A stretch of DNA of 64,000 bases from the human T2T-CHM13v2.0 reference genome, Homo sapiens, in NCBI RefSeq assembly GCF_009914755.1, contig NC_060937.1, one strand, 5' to 3'. Under the pieces are notes generated by a model. It was given only the letters and a program-made list of their open reading frames with translations. It searched no databases and was not told where the DNA came from. Of the stretch, positions 1-14,024 are shown piece after piece; the stretch's first letter is position 1, and each line of letters opens with the position of its first letter. A program made the translations under genes and the position numbers.

Positions 1-212
1 GATGGCTCCTCAGTGTAAACATAAAATTCATTTATGTTTAATGTATTAATTATACCCATAGCCTGAAGGTAATTTTACATAATATTTTTAAGAATTTTAT
101 GCATAAAACAAAGTTTGTTAAGTAGTTTTTGTGTCTGTGTGAGACTTTCCAGTCCTGGTTTCATGTCAGTGTGCAAATATTTCAGATTTTGAAAGTTTGA
201 AACTTAACTGTA
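1..212. mobile_element. TcMar-Tigger DNA transposon fragment (Tigger4/MER46-like), cut by window start
   Basis: ATAAAATTCATTTATGTTT..ATAGCCTGAAGGTAATTTTA..AAACAAAGTTTG and CATGTCAG..TTTCAGATTTTG resemble the recalled Tigger4-family consensus; ends in CTG+TA. Confidence 0.6.
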
Positions 213-214
213 AT

Positions 215-883
215 ACTTACTGTAGTACTGTAATAATTTTTAGACATTTCCTTTTGCTATTAGGATGACCTGAAGTGTTGTATCATTTAAAACACTATTT
301 AAGCCTCATGATCTCTGCATGAGCAATTTATATCTGAAGTAAATTATTTGTCATGGCAAAAAGTGATATCTCCCTCCATTTTGTGTATTTTTCAGCATGC
401 TTAGTTCAATACTGTAAACCTTGAATAACATCTTGAGATCCTTATGAAGTGCCACTAGTGATGCTTGCAGAGAAAAGTCATGACATTATAAGTAAAAGTT
501 GAGTTACTTGATATGTACTGCAGAGACTGAGGTCTGCAACTGTGGTTGTGCACAGTTTCAGACAGACAATTCATCTTGTAAACAGACATGGTAAACTTAC
601 GGTATCAATAAATACAGTACAGTGCTCTAAATGTATTTTCTCTCCCTTGTGATTTTGTTAATGTCTTTTGTCTACACTTAATTTATTGTAAGAATACTAT
701 ATATAATACAGATAACATACAAAAATACATGTTAATCTATTGTTTATGTTGTTTATAAGGCTTCTACTCAACAATAAGCTATTAGTAGTTAAATTTTCAA
801 AGAGCCAAAAGTTATATGTGGATTTTTTTTTTAATTGTGCAGGGCATCAACATTGTTTACCCTTGCATTGTTCAAAGGTCAAC
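215..883 (+). mobile_element. Tigger2-family DNA transposon (Tigger2b-like internal deletion derivative)
   Basis: GAAGTGCCACTAGTGATGCT, GCAGAGAAAAGTCATGACATTA, AAACTTACGGTATCAATAAATACAGTACAG and terminal GCATTGTTCAAAGGTCAAC match recalled Tigger2 sequence. Confidence 0.8.
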
Positions 884-907
884 CACACACACACACACAC
901 ACACACA
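884..907. repeat. (CA)n microsatellite
   Basis: Direct observation. Confidence 0.95.
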
Positions 908-914
908 ATTTAAA

Positions 915-1400
915 GTGGAATATTATTCCACTTCAAAAGGGAAGAAAATTATGTCATCTATGACAACATGTATACACCTGAAAAATTATGCTAAGTGACT
1001 AGGAATAGAAAGAAAAACTGCATGATCTCACTTACATATGGATTCTAAAATAGCCAAATTCTTGGAAGCAGAGAGTAGAATAGTGGTTGAATGAAGCTTG
1101 GAAGTGAGGGATATGAGGAGACAGTCAAAATTAAAATTGTAGGATAAATAAGTTGTAAATATTTAATGTACAGCATGAAGACTATAGTTAATAATACTGT
1201 ATTATACACTTAAAATTTAATAATATAGTAGATCATAACTATTCATATGACACACATAGACACAAAACACACACACAAAACGGTAAGTATGTAAATAAAT
1301 GGATATGTTAACAAACTTGACTGTAGTAACCAGTTCACTATGTGTATGTATATCAAAACAATATGCTGTATACCAAATATATATATATTCTATTAAAAAT
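915..1400 (+). mobile_element. Old L1M (L1MA/MB-type) 3' end
   Basis: GGAATATTATTC, TTATGCTAAGTGA, GATCTCACTTA, GAAGCAGAGAGTAGAATAGTGGTT and GACTATAGTTAATAATACTGTATT are L1M 3'UTR hallmarks. Confidence 0.75.
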
Positions 1401-3911
1401 TTAACATATGAACATATTTTCTATGTTTGTAAGGTTTAATGAATTTCTTAGGAGTGTTATCTATAGTGCTTCTTAGTGATTAAGGGATAGATTTTAAGGC
1501 TAGTACAAAAATCAAAACAAGAACTAAACACAAACAGGCACACACAAACTATATATGATTTGGAAAAAGTAGGTTCACAGTAATATTGTGTTACATAATG
1601 AATAAATCAACTTATGTCAACCTCAAAAACTTAATATTAAATATTTGCCAGGGTACAAAATGAAATTGAATTTATAATTCATAAATTATCATTATAATTA
1701 TAAATGTGTCACTTATAAGCCAAAAAATAAAAGAAAAACTTAGCAACAGTTTTGTTTTTGTCTCCCCCTATACATAGATGTCAGTGACCATTCTGAATAG
1801 TATATAATATTAAGTTTGTTTGGTGATGAAGTAATACATTTCATAAAAATTTTTAGAAGCAAATAACCTGGGAAATTGTATCTCCTGTACACTATGTGTG
1901 TGGTATTGTAACAGTGGCATTCATTTAATTATTTTACTATTAGGTTTATATAGTTTTACATGTAAAAAATATTGTTGTAAAATATAAATTTTAAATGAAG
2001 AAATTTTTTAAAAAATCAAATACACAAAATGATATGCTAGTCTAAATTAATAGAATATAATACATAAATAAAATTATTGAAAGATTAATTTTTAGATAAG
2101 AAACAGAAAAACTTTTTTTTAAAACTAAAAAGTGTTACAAAAAGCTAGTGATGACAACTGTTACAGTATAGTTTTTAATCTTGTTTCTTCTAATAAAGTG
2201 AAAATGTCAGAGTATATTGAATAGCAGAAACAAAACTGATGGACCATATCTACAACAAAAGTACATAAAAAGCTATATCTATGAATATTCAAATACACAC
2301 ATTCAAGAAAAAGGAACATGTTTTCATGATATGAGCATTTGTGTGGACAGAAGATTCAAAAAAGTGGCACACATACTTGACAGGAGAGAAACTGCGGATT
2401 AGCCAACAGGTTATCTTTGGAAAATAGAGCAAACCAGTTTACACAACTAAAACTGGATTGCCTTCAATTCAGGATGAGTGCAAGAATCCACAGTGAGGAT
2501 CAAATGGGCTAAAAAAATCTAGTTCCATGAAATCTCAAAACCAGTCATCAGCCGCTCATTTGGAATGGTGTCCCATGTTATAGTGTAGGGAAACTGTTGG
2601 AGATAGAACCCAGTTGGTGCCACAAAGACACAAAAAAGAGTAAAGAAAGAGTTGCTCAATGGTAGAGAGTGGGATCCCAAAAGAGAACTGAGAGGTCTTA
2701 AGAAAGCAGAGGCCACAAATTTTAACACTTTATAAAAAGAACCAAAGAGGAAATTGTAAAGCTATGAATCTATAAAAGACATTGAAACACATACTTCCTT
2801 CCAGTAAATCAGAAAGGCAAATTACACATCAAAAGGAACAATACAAAGGATTGCTATTGAATCAAATACAAGGTTATTATAATAAAATAAGGAATAAGGA
2901 CTAGAATAATATTATTTCAAATAATAAAATTATGTCAGGAAACATTCACACAAACAGAAACAAAGTATAGCTTTAATATTTCAAAATGAGACAAAATAAA
3001 GTAAGAAAAATATTAGAACACTTAGAAAAATTAGCAAATCTGAAAATAAGATATCAGAATGGAGGGGAGGAAATTAGAGACACAAAAGATCATTTCACAA
3101 ATGAAAATTACTAGAAGAAAGAAGAGAATTTTAAAAACACAGCAGGTAATGCAGTAACAGAATTAGAAAATAATAAAAGAATATATAATTTTTGTAAATG
3201 AAAAAATTAGAAAAACTCACAATATATAGAAGCTAAAATTATAAGAAAATAAAAGCCAAGAAAATACAACAGTAAACTCTATGCATCACAGATGGTTACT
3301 CTGCAAACTTTTCACTTACCTTATTTGTGTCATAATTTTTTAATCACACCTTTAGATTATACATTTAAAATGAAGGAAATAATGACACCCAGATATTACA
3401 AGGAGCTTATATATTTTGTTTTTATTGTTAACAACATTTTATTATTAAAAGTTTTGATTATAAAATAGTTAAAACAGTTTTGTAGTGAATACTCGTGTCC
3501 CACTATCTAAATTCTACAAATAAAATTTTACCTCATTATTTCAACAGACATAGCCCATCTATCCTTCAATTTATGCCATTTATAAGGCTTATGATTTATT
3601 AGTTTCAAAATTCAGACATCAGTTTACTTTTCCCAGATGCTTCAGCATGCATATAAAATAGTAAGAAATCAATATATGGTAATGGTCCTCCTTTTATTTT
3701 GTGTATTTGAGGTGATATTTACAAAGAAATGCACAAGTCTTAAGCTACCCTTTTAATGAGTGTTGACAAATTCAAAACCTCTGTAGCTCCAACCTTTATC
3801 AAAATATAAAACATTTTAATCACCTCTGAAAGATTTATCATGGCCACTTCTCAGAAGTAACAATTGTTATGAGATATATATGTATACGTACATACACACT
3901 GTGGGTAGAAG

Positions 3912-4995
3912 TGATAGATACAGGAGGCAGAGGAATTCTAGGCCGAAAAGGGTGGGGTCCCTGACGAGGGCCCCATCCTCAAATCTAAAACTTTAGCCCA
4001 AAGTGAGAACATACATTCCTGTTTTCCCATTTGAATGTTGCCTCTTCCAAAACCACCTATGGCCCACTCTGCCCCATATCCTGTTCCCATAAAAACAACT
4101 GACCTGGAATTTGAGACCAGCCTGATCAATATGGTGAAACCCTGTCTCTACTAAAAATACAAAAAGTAGCCAGGCGCGGTTGTGGGGGCCTGTAGTCCCA
4201 GCTACTCAGGAGGCTGTGACAGGAGAATTTCTTGAACCCGGGAGGCGGAGGTTGCAGTGAGCCAAAAATAAAAATTAAAATTAAACAACAACAACAACAA
4301 CAACAAAAACAACAACAACAAAACCATGACCTGACTGGCAGAGAGCAGAGAAGAGGAGAAGAGGAGACGCAGTTGGACATCTGGACATTGGAGACTGTGG
4401 TTTCACATCAGAGAGAAGCAGCATGATTTCAGAGGGACAGCTTCTTGATGGTGTTGTTTCGGAGAGGATTCCAGGGAAAGATCACCTTCCCACTCCATTC
4501 CCCTTCCAGCTCCCTTTCCCATTGAGAGACACTTTCATCTGCATTAAAATCCTCCGTATTCACCACCCTTCAATTTGCTCCTGTGGCCTGATTTTTCCTG
4601 GATGCCCAACAAGAGCTCGGGTGCCATGGGTGTGAGCTAAAGGCTGTCACACTGACTCTCTGCCCTCGCTGGTGGAAAGCAACTGCCTCACGTGAAAAGG
4701 CAGAGAGCCCAGTGAGCTGTATAACACTTAAGCTGTCCACGGATGGCAAAGCTAAAAGTGCACACTGTCACACATGCCCTCTGAGGCTTCGGGAGTCGCG
4801 GGTACTCCCCCATTAGATGCTGCCATGTGGCCCATACAAGAGTTTTGCTCCTGCCGGTGCCCAGAAGCACTCACTCAGCTCCTGCACGCACTCACCTGCA
4901 TGCTCCCCCTTCCATGAGGGGTTGAGAGCTGCAGGCTGAGTAAGTGAGGAACTCCTGTCCTGAGGCGCAGAGGTGTCAGGGAAAATTTCGTTTCG
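3912..4995 (+). mobile_element. MER50-family (ERV1) solo LTR interrupted by an Alu
   Basis: Starts TGATAGATACAGGAGGCAG and ends ..CGTTTCG (CA decayed); perfect 4-bp TSD GAAG at 3908-3911 and 4996-4999; GC-rich body resembles the recalled MER50 consensus. Confidence 0.8.
4106..4319 (+). mobile_element. AluS, 5'-truncated and missing its last ~50 nt, with (CAA)n tail
   Basis: TTGAGACCAGCCTG..TACTAAAAATACAAAAA..GAGGTTGCAGTGAGCC, then A-rich/(CAA)n tail; imperfect TSD AAAAACAACTGACCTG / AAAACCATGACCTG. Confidence 0.92.
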
Positions 4996-7349
4996 GAAGG
5001 TTTTGAAGTTTGTTGTGATTAAAAAAAAATTAGATTAATACTATGATGAGTATTAATGCATACATACAGACATGACTCTCATAACCATAGAAATTGCTGA
5101 TCTCTAAGAGTTTGGGAAAAATCTTAGGAGTAAAATTATATTAAGAGGCTTTGATTATTTAATTATTTTCAGTTTATAGTCATTACATAACATTTTTAAA
5201 TTTCTCTTTAAATGATTATGAATATGAAGGCAAAAATAATACAAAAAACCACATGTGGGTGATGAGGGTACATTTTTTTAGCTTGTTAGCAAACATTTTA
5301 TAGCATCAATGTCCATTCTTGCTTTTATTACTATTTATATCTTATTATCCTTTGAACTTTATAGGCAAGCAAATTTTTTTCCCCGTAAATGACTGAAAAG
5401 AAATAGCTAATTTAGTGGACAAATAGAAAATAAAAAATTCTATTGATATCCAAATCTTTGCTGACAGTAACAACTGGCATACATGTATAACCCTGCACAC
5501 TGCTATTTCAAGTTATTCTATCAAATTTTATCATTAAAACTTCAGGAACAACATTGGTCTTACCATGTACATTATGATAGGGAATTTCATCCTTACTTGT
5601 GTGACCATATAATTAAATGAAACTTTTATGTCCAATTTACAAATAGGAGAAATCTGCTTGAATGCCTTTTTGAAATAATGAAGTTGCTGTCAATTTTGAC
5701 TTTAATTGTGGCTGTCAGCCTCCCTGAGGTATAAATGTTCACTTCCATGGAAACATTAAATGGATTATTAGTAAAATTTCTGAGAATTTGAGTTATAGTG
5801 ATTGTGCCATAGATTATTTTGTCACAAATTGTAACAGATTAAACTATCATAAAGTTTATTTTTAACTGAGTAAAGCTTATATTCAGTCAAATAAGATAGT
5901 TCGTTTTTTCAATAAACAATGCAATAAAAATGCCACAAAACCTATCAAGGAAGCACATTAACTTTTGAAATTATAGTCAGCTCTAAGTGGTCAGCACCAC
6001 TGGCTATATTGTGGAATTACATGGCGTTACATGGCATTACTTCTACAGCATTGTCCTGTAAGTAAATTAACATGATCTATGAAAGACCCCCCACCAACGG
6101 TCAAACATGTTATTTAACTTTGAAACCTAAATGAACTGACGTATTTTATTGGAATGGAACTAGATAGCATATTAATATAACAATTCAGTACAACCAATAA
6201 ATGACAGAAAAAAATGATTTTAAATTGCCAATTCAGACAATTACTACTAAATGAAATTCATTGTCAATCACATAAGTACTCGGGATATTTTGATATTTTG
6301 AGCAAATTAAACATTCTGAAATATTTTTGATTGTTTTATAAATACTTTATTACTTTAGGCATATAAGTCTGACTAGAAACAAGGGAAATATAGTTTTCTA
6401 TTTCTCCTTATATTCCTTTTGCCTAGAGAATTATCTACTTATTCAGAACTATATATTTGTAAGAAGTCAGATTATTAGCTATGAAAATCAGATATATTGT
6501 CTTCCATTTTTAAGATTTATTGCATAGTTATTGCATAAGATATGCATGTTTTATTTGTTAATTAGAAATATTAATTTAATAAAAACTTTAGGTGAGTGTA
6601 GATAATTTAAAAGATTGTTGCATCATGCTACTAATAATTTATAGCTGAAATTCTATAGGTTTGGAAGATAAAGAAGGTACTTTTTTTTCAAACAACTTTA
6701 ACATTAAACATTTTGAAAGATTATTAGAAACTTTTGCATGTTGTAAAACTTCAAGTGATTCAAAACATATTTCAAGTAATAAATCTTAAACTGAGGTGTC
6801 AAAATTGTGGCTAATGAATCTATAATTTTATTAACATTAACTGTGGAAATCGTTATACAATAGATTTATTCAGAAATCTTCAAATGATTAAATATCAATA
6901 AAATAAATTTTGCTAGATTTTGTATAATATATTTACATTTATATACTGCATATTAACAAATGACTATATATGTGTGAATGTACAATTAGAATTGAAAGGG
7001 AAATAAAATGACTCTACTCATTTGAAAAGAGTCTTAAATTTTTAATTTCAAAATGCAAATTAAAATTATGATGACCTAGTTTTTACTTATGTAAATAGCA
7101 AAGATAAAAATGATAAAGAGTTAAGGACACTTCAAGTAGATGAAGAAATGAAAAAAATAGGTGTTGCACGAATTCCAGGTGGCAGTAAAAGTACTAAAAA
7201 GTATTAAATATTACAAATATTAAATATCTTTGGCGAAAACGTTGGCAATATCTGCTTTAAAATGTTAATTTGTAGTATGGGTAAAATTATACTTTAGATA
7301 TAAACTTACAAATATTTGGAAATACATATTTTTTAAAACTATCATAGTA

Positions 7350-7620
7350 TTGTTTGATTTTTTGTTTGTTTGTTTGAAACAGAGTCTTGGTCTGTTGCCC
7401 AGGCTAGAGTGCAGTGGCCCTATCTCATCTCTGCAAGCTCTGCCTCCCAGGTTTGAGCTATTCTCCCACCTCAGCCTTCTGAGTAGCTGGGACTACAGGC
7501 TCGGTTCACCACACCCAGCTAATTTTTCTATTTTTAGTACAGACAGGGTTTCACCATGTAGGCCAGGCTAGTCTCGAACTCCTGAACTTGGGTGATTGCC
7601 TGCCTCAGCCTCCCAAAGTG
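7350..7620 (-). mobile_element. AluS, lacking first ~35 nt
   Basis: Reverse-strand Alu: GTTGCCCAGGCTAGAGTGCAGTGG..CCTCAGCCTCCCAAAGTG. Confidence 0.95.
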
Positions 7621-8088
7621 TTTGATAATTTATTAATGTACAACCGTTTGTCTAGTTATGTATAATAAATTGTTTCAAGATAAAGTTATAGTGGTCAACA
7701 TCTCAATAGAATTGAAGCTCCATGTAGTCTATTCTTTAAATCATAACCAATTAAGAAAAAAAAGTAGTTAGCAAGGGAAAAGCAGGCAATATAGTATTAA
7801 GCACATAACTATTTACACACCTTTCAGTCCCGGCCCATCCCTACACAGTACTATATTTTTAAATGAATAGATGAGCTCTGGAAATTCAGAAGAAAATATT
7901 AGATCTTGGTTGGCATGGTTACTTCTGGGATAGAAAGCTGTGTACCTAATGGACAGTGATTTTTTTATTTATTTTCTTTTTTTTTACATTCCCCTCTAAA
8001 CATATGTGTGTGTTTATTATGTGTGTGCATGTGTTTAACAAGGCATAAGCATTCATTATTTGAAAAATAATTAGAAAAATTACAATTG

Positions 8089-8401
8089 GGCCGGGGACAG
8101 TGGCTCACACCTCTAATCCCAGCACTTTGGGAGGTCGAGGCTGGCAAATCACTTAGGGCCAGGAGTTAGAGACAAGCTCGGCCCATATGGTGAAACCCTG
8201 TCTCTACGAAAAATACAAAATGTAGCTAGGCATGGTGGCACACACCTGTAATCCCAGCTACTCAGGAGGCTGAAGAGAAAGAATTGCTTGAGCCCAGGAG
8301 GCAGAGGTCGCAGCCAAGATGGTGCCACTGTACTCCTGCACTCCAGCCTGGGTGATAGAGCTAGACTCTGTCTCAGGAAAAAAAAAAAAAAAAAAAAAGA
8401 A
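8089..8401 (+). mobile_element. Full-length older Alu (AluJ/early S)
   Basis: GGCCGGGGACAGTGGCTCAC..poly(A); 16-bp TSD AGAAAAATTACAATTG (8073-8088) / AGAAAAATTATGACTG (8402-8417). Confidence 0.95.
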
Positions 8402-10719
8402 AGAAAAATTATGACTGTGTATTTTTATGTATTGTCTATACTTTTCTGTGGAATGGCAGAAAATACGACTTATTTGGTATTTGTGTATAAGATGGATTAT
8501 TAAAAATAAGCACAAATTAATTTAACTATATCAGTAGAAATGTCATTTTGTTATATTAAATATGCATTTTTAAATATGTCAAGCAATTACAGAAATGAAT
8601 ATATGTTAAAAATTGAAATAAAAAAATTACATCAAAATATCATAGAGCTCCAAATGTTCTTTTTAACTTGGTAGTATATAAAGTGCAATGTTTAAATGTA
8701 ATAAAAATTAATTTGGCATCTATTATTCTAATCTTCAAATGATTTAGCTTGCTGTCTTAACAACAGAGTTAAACAACTATATAATTACTGATTATCATGG
8801 AAACATAGCCTTAATTAAAAATAAAATTGACTTGTGTCGGTGTAAGAATCAGTAAATCCGTAGTATTTAATAAAGACAAAACACAAAGGCAACTCATTCT
8901 GGCTGAAATATGTCCCTGGTGGAATAACTTAACAGCACTTAAAATTTACTAGTCACTGTGCTTTCCCCTATAAAAAATATTAATTAGTTGGTTAAAGAGC
9001 AAATTACACAAAATTAGAATCAAATATTCTATGCAATAGAATAAATCGATAGAACTGATAAGAATAGAATAGCTGTTTTTGAAACATGCAATGACAGTGA
9101 TAAATTTTTGGAAAGTTTATTTACCAAATAAATAAATATATTGATAAGAGCATGTGTTGCAAATGCAGATATGTAAAACATAGCGTAACATTACGAACTA
9201 TATAATATGCATATTGTATGTTCTAACAAATTTGAAATTTTTGAGGAAATATGCAGACATACAATATACACACACTCATTTGTACACCATGTGAATCATA
9301 TGCAGGAATTAGTATTTATAAGAACATTATTTATATTAAAAATCATTAATATAATCATAGAAATAAGCTAAACATAGTATGATACATACATAAATGAGAA
9401 TAATAAAAAGGCTTTAGAGTAATGCTGTAGAATAATTGAAATCACTTTCATAAATGTTCATATAGTTCAAAAAATATATTCATAATAGCTCCATTTGATT
9501 AAAAGATAGATATATAGTATATTTTAATATCTGAATAAATATATATAATAGTAATAACAATTACAAGGTTTGATGTTGGTTATAAATATTGTATAAATCT
9601 TTTAAAAATATTTTATTGTATAGATTAAATAATAACAAATATATTTAAAAATTAGATGCTTTTTTTTTGCTCTTGTAGACTATACCTTTAATTCTGTCAC
9701 AAATTATTTACCTGCCTGTTAATTGGCTTGACAGCCAGTTGTTACTTTAAATGGCACGCCTCTTGTGAAAATGCTTATCCTCTCTGAATTATCTAATCAT
9801 TAGTTCCCTAACAATTTACTAATAATGCTGAAATGGATACTTTAAGCATATGCTCACTCATTTTATTCATGTAATTGTAACTGACTGAAATAAATTAAAT
9901 TATTCACAGAATGTCTTCTCACCACTTCCAACTGTTTTGTTTTGTCTTAATGACTAGGAGCTTGGATATTTGCATTTGTACAATGTAAAAGCAAATGAAT
10001 GACAAGCAAAACATTTCAATAAAGCTAATTTATTTACCCTGTAAATAGTAAAAACAAACCATAGGTGAAAAATATTTACTGTTTTTTGTTCTCCCATTAT
10101 GCCACCTTTACTCAGTTTCCTGAATCATATGCTATACGATTCATTGATTTAATACTCAGCAAATATGTATTTCCAATGTATAAAATAAGTCAGAAACTGT
10201 GATAACTACTGCAAACAAAAAAATAAATTGCATATATTTCCCTATACTCAATGAGAAATAAGAATATTTATACTGTTTGGAAGAAAAGCCATTATATTTA
10301 GCTTGTCAGAAACTTTATAAGTGTATGCTTGGAAATGATGAAGAAAGGTGAAAAAAGCAAGAACGCTTGTGATCCAAAGGGAATGGAAAATGTGTAACCT
10401 AGACCCATAAAATAGAATTGCACAGTACGTATGAAAAAGAGTAATTTCTAAGAAATGTGGTTGAAAAACATATCAGGAGTTATGTCATGGATAAATTTTC
10501 TTTTAGGCAAGCATAACTAAATATACCTAAACAATGACGAGATACTGAAGTGAAATTTGTGTGGGAAAATAAAAATTCTATTTGCAATTAAAAAAAGAAT
10601 TTTGGAACATGGAAGGCATAAGTTATATAGATGCCTCAGAGTTGTACACCCAAAATCTGGAGATATATATAGTAATTGTAATATTTAATCTTAGCTCAAA
10701 GAAAATAAATACACAAGGG

Positions 10720-12885
10720 TGTTGAAAACCACTGACATTGCAAATGCAGGATGTGCAGTAAGATGCCTTGAAACCACCAAATGGAAAAGATCAGTTTTGA
10801 AGTTACTAAAAGTTCTACTTTTCAGAGCATTGCAACTATTGGACCTGCTTTGCAGCTCCATGAGAAAGACCTATTTAGAGTGCATTTTTGTTATGTGTTT
10901 GAACTCAGAGCTCCTTTTGGGGAAAAGTCTTATCTCGACATTTGTTGGAAATAATCAGTGCCATTTATTTAACATTGCAGATGCTTTATATCTGGTGGTG
11001 TGATAGCTGGTGGCACAATCTAAAGACTGGCCAAAGCTTAAAAGGAATTTCAAAGAAGCCAGATGTTGACAGAGAGAGTTTTAAAAAGCTCTGACATTTT
11101 TCTGGTTATTCTAGAGAGCCACATTCCAATGCAGGGCTGTGTGCATGCCCAAGAACGACCTGAGTGGGCTCCAATTTCTCAGCTTTGGCCAATATTGAGA
11201 CCCCTCACAAGCAAGAATTCAATGCTAAGGCAGACTTGTTATCTGAAAGGGGTTAAATGTATGTCCAAACTCGTACACAGAGTTCCTTGGTGAAGAGTGA
11301 AAGGCTTATTGGTTTAAGGCATTTAAGAAAAACTCTGGACACCATTAGCTGATCAGTTAGCTAACCAAGCAGTGGTTTCAGTGATTACAAATTACAGAGG
11401 AAACAAACTATAGAATCAGCCCAAGGAAGTCACACACACCCACACACATCCAAAGGTGTTACTACAACATCAGCTGCAGCACTACCACCACCAACAATAA
11501 AACAGCAATAACAAGCCCTGGAAGGAGTCGTCGTCTCATATCCAGAGCTGTCATTTTATATTAACTAAGTACCCACTTTTTACATGAAATACAAATTGTG
11601 AAAATAAATAGGGAAGTATGCTTCCAACATACAAAAAAATCCATAGAAATTGTTTCAGAAGGAACATAGATGCAACAACTAGATGGATATATTAAATCAG
11701 CCATTATCAATGAACTCAAAAAATAAAAAAAATTCTAAATAAATAAAAATATGGTAACAATATTTCATAGAATAGAAAATATCAAAAAAGAAAAAACACC
11801 TACAATTTTGAAGTTTAAGATTATAAGTGAAATACAAAAGTCATTAAAAGGGTACAAGAGCAAATTTGAGCTGACAAAAGAAAAATTAATGAAATTCAAA
11901 GTCAGTCAATTGAGACTATTCAGTCTAAGAAAGAGAAAAAAATTGGTGAAAAATAAACAGAACCTCAGAGATCTATAGAACCTCATCAGTTGTAACCATA
12001 CACAAATAATGAAAATCTCAGGAGAGTGGGGAGAGAAAGGGGCAGAAAGTCTACCTGAAAAAGTAATGTCTGAAAACTTTGAAAATTTAATGAAAAACAT
12101 TACAGACACCAAAAAAACACTCAACACATTTCGAATAAGAGTAAATAGAAGAGATCCACACCTAGACACATAATGTTCAAACTTTAGGAGAAGGAAACAA
12201 GAGCAAACCAAATACTTTTTTACAAGAAACATGTAGTCCAGAAGGAAGTGGAGTACCGTATTTAACATAGTGGGGAAAAAAAAGGACTGCCAACAACAAA
12301 AATTATATCTAGAAATTACGCTTCAAAAATGAAGGAGAAATTCAGATATTTTGAGATACACAAAAGCTGAGATATTCTGTGACATCAACCTGCTCTTCAA
12401 GAAGTAATAAAAGCTGTTTAGGCTGAAATAAAGGAATAATAAATAATAACTCAAATCTGCACTCTAAGCACTTATAACCACATGGCTCAATATAAAATAA
12501 AACACAAAGGTATTTTAGATACTGTTTTCTTCTATATTATTCAAATGGAAACTTTATAAAGTTGTAATTTAAAACCATATTGACTAACTTACTATGTATA
12601 AAATTTTAATTATTATAAAAATTTTTTCATACAAAAGATGAGTGAGAAATGTGCTATATTAAAACAAAATATGTTTATACTATTAAGTTAATATTATTCT
12701 AATTTATATTTCTTTAAGTTATGATGTTAATTTTAATCTCTATTGAAGCCACAAAGAAAATCTTTCAAAAAGTTTAATAAATAAGCAACAAGCGAATGGA
12801 AAGGACGCAGTATAAATATCTAACAAAAAATAAGGCAGTAATGAAGAAAAAGAGGAGGAAATACATGAGACACATAGAAAACAAA
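10720..12885 (+). mobile_element. Old L1M 5'UTR/ORF1 remnant
   Basis: CAGGGCTGTGTGCATGCCCAAG (L1M 5' region); degraded ORF1-like coiled-coil/RRM text at 11750-12420 (AAATAAACAGAACCTCAGAGATCT, CTTCAAAAATGAAGGAGAAAT). Confidence 0.65.
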
Positions 12886-12887
12886 TC

Positions 12888-14022
12888 CATTAGCACATAA
12901 AAAAGTTAATTCATCACAATCAAGTAGGCTTTATTCCTCTTTATTTCTTGGATACAAGATTGGTTTAACATACACAAATCAATAAGTGTGATTCACCACA
13001 TAAACAGAATTAATGCTGAAACTGTATGATTATCTCAATAGATGCAGAAAAAAACTTTTAATAATACTCAACATCTCTTCATAATAAAAAAAACTCTCAA
13101 CAGACTAGGTAGCAAAGGAATATACCTCATAATGTTAAGATCCATCTATAACAAACCCACAGCCAACATTATACTGAATGAGCAAAAGCTGGAATAATTT
13201 TCTTTGGTAACTGCAACAAAACAAAGAGGCCCACTCTCATTACTCCTATTCAACATAATACTGAGTGTCCTAGCCAGAGTAATCAGGTAAGAGAAAGAAA
13301 TAAAATACATTCAAATAGGAGAAGAAGAAAAACTTTCCCTCTCCATTCACAATATAATCCTATATTTTGAAAACCCTAAAGAAAGATCCAAAAGGCTACC
13401 AGAACTGATAAATGAATTTAGCAAGGCTTCGGGATACAAAATAAATATACAAAAATCAGTACTGTTTCTACACACCAATACCATCCAGGGTGAGTTCAAA
13501 TCAAGAACACAATCACATTTACAATAGCCACAAATATAATGAATTACCCGGGAATACATCTAACTAAGTAGGTAAAATATCTCTACAAAGAGAACTATAA
13601 AAGACCACTGAAAGAAATGAGAGACAACAATGATAAATGGAAAAATATTTCATGTTCATGAATTTGAAGAGTCAATGTCATCAAATGGCTCAATGCAATT
13701 TACAGATTCAATACTATTCCTGTGAAACAACCCACATCATTCTTCATAGAATTAAAAAAAAAAAAACTATGCTAAAATTCACATGAAACCAAAAAAGAAC
13801 TCAAATAAACAAAGCAATCTTAAGCAAAAAGAACAAAGCTGAAGACATCACACTACCTGACTTCAAACTAAACTTTAAGGTTCAGTAGCCAAAACACTGT
13901 GGCACTGGGACAAAAACAGACACATAGAGCAATGAAAGAGAACAGAAAACCCAGAAATAAAGGCACACACCAAGAAATAATCTAATCTCTGACGAGGCTG
14001 ACAAAAACAATGGGGAAAAGAC
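12888..14022 (+). mobile_element. L1P ORF2 reverse-transcriptase fragment (older primate L1, disrupted)
   Basis: ATGATTATCTCAATAGATGCAGAAAAA (MIISIDAEK), CTCCTATTCAACATA, GGATACAAAATAAATATACAAAAATCAGTA, CTACCTGACTTCAAACTA. Confidence 0.9.
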
Positions 14023-14024
14023 AT

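Noticed and set aside
4232-4426. PolyQ-containing ORF
   Set aside because: Translation of an Alu tail (CAA)n running into the MER50 LTR; non-ATG start.
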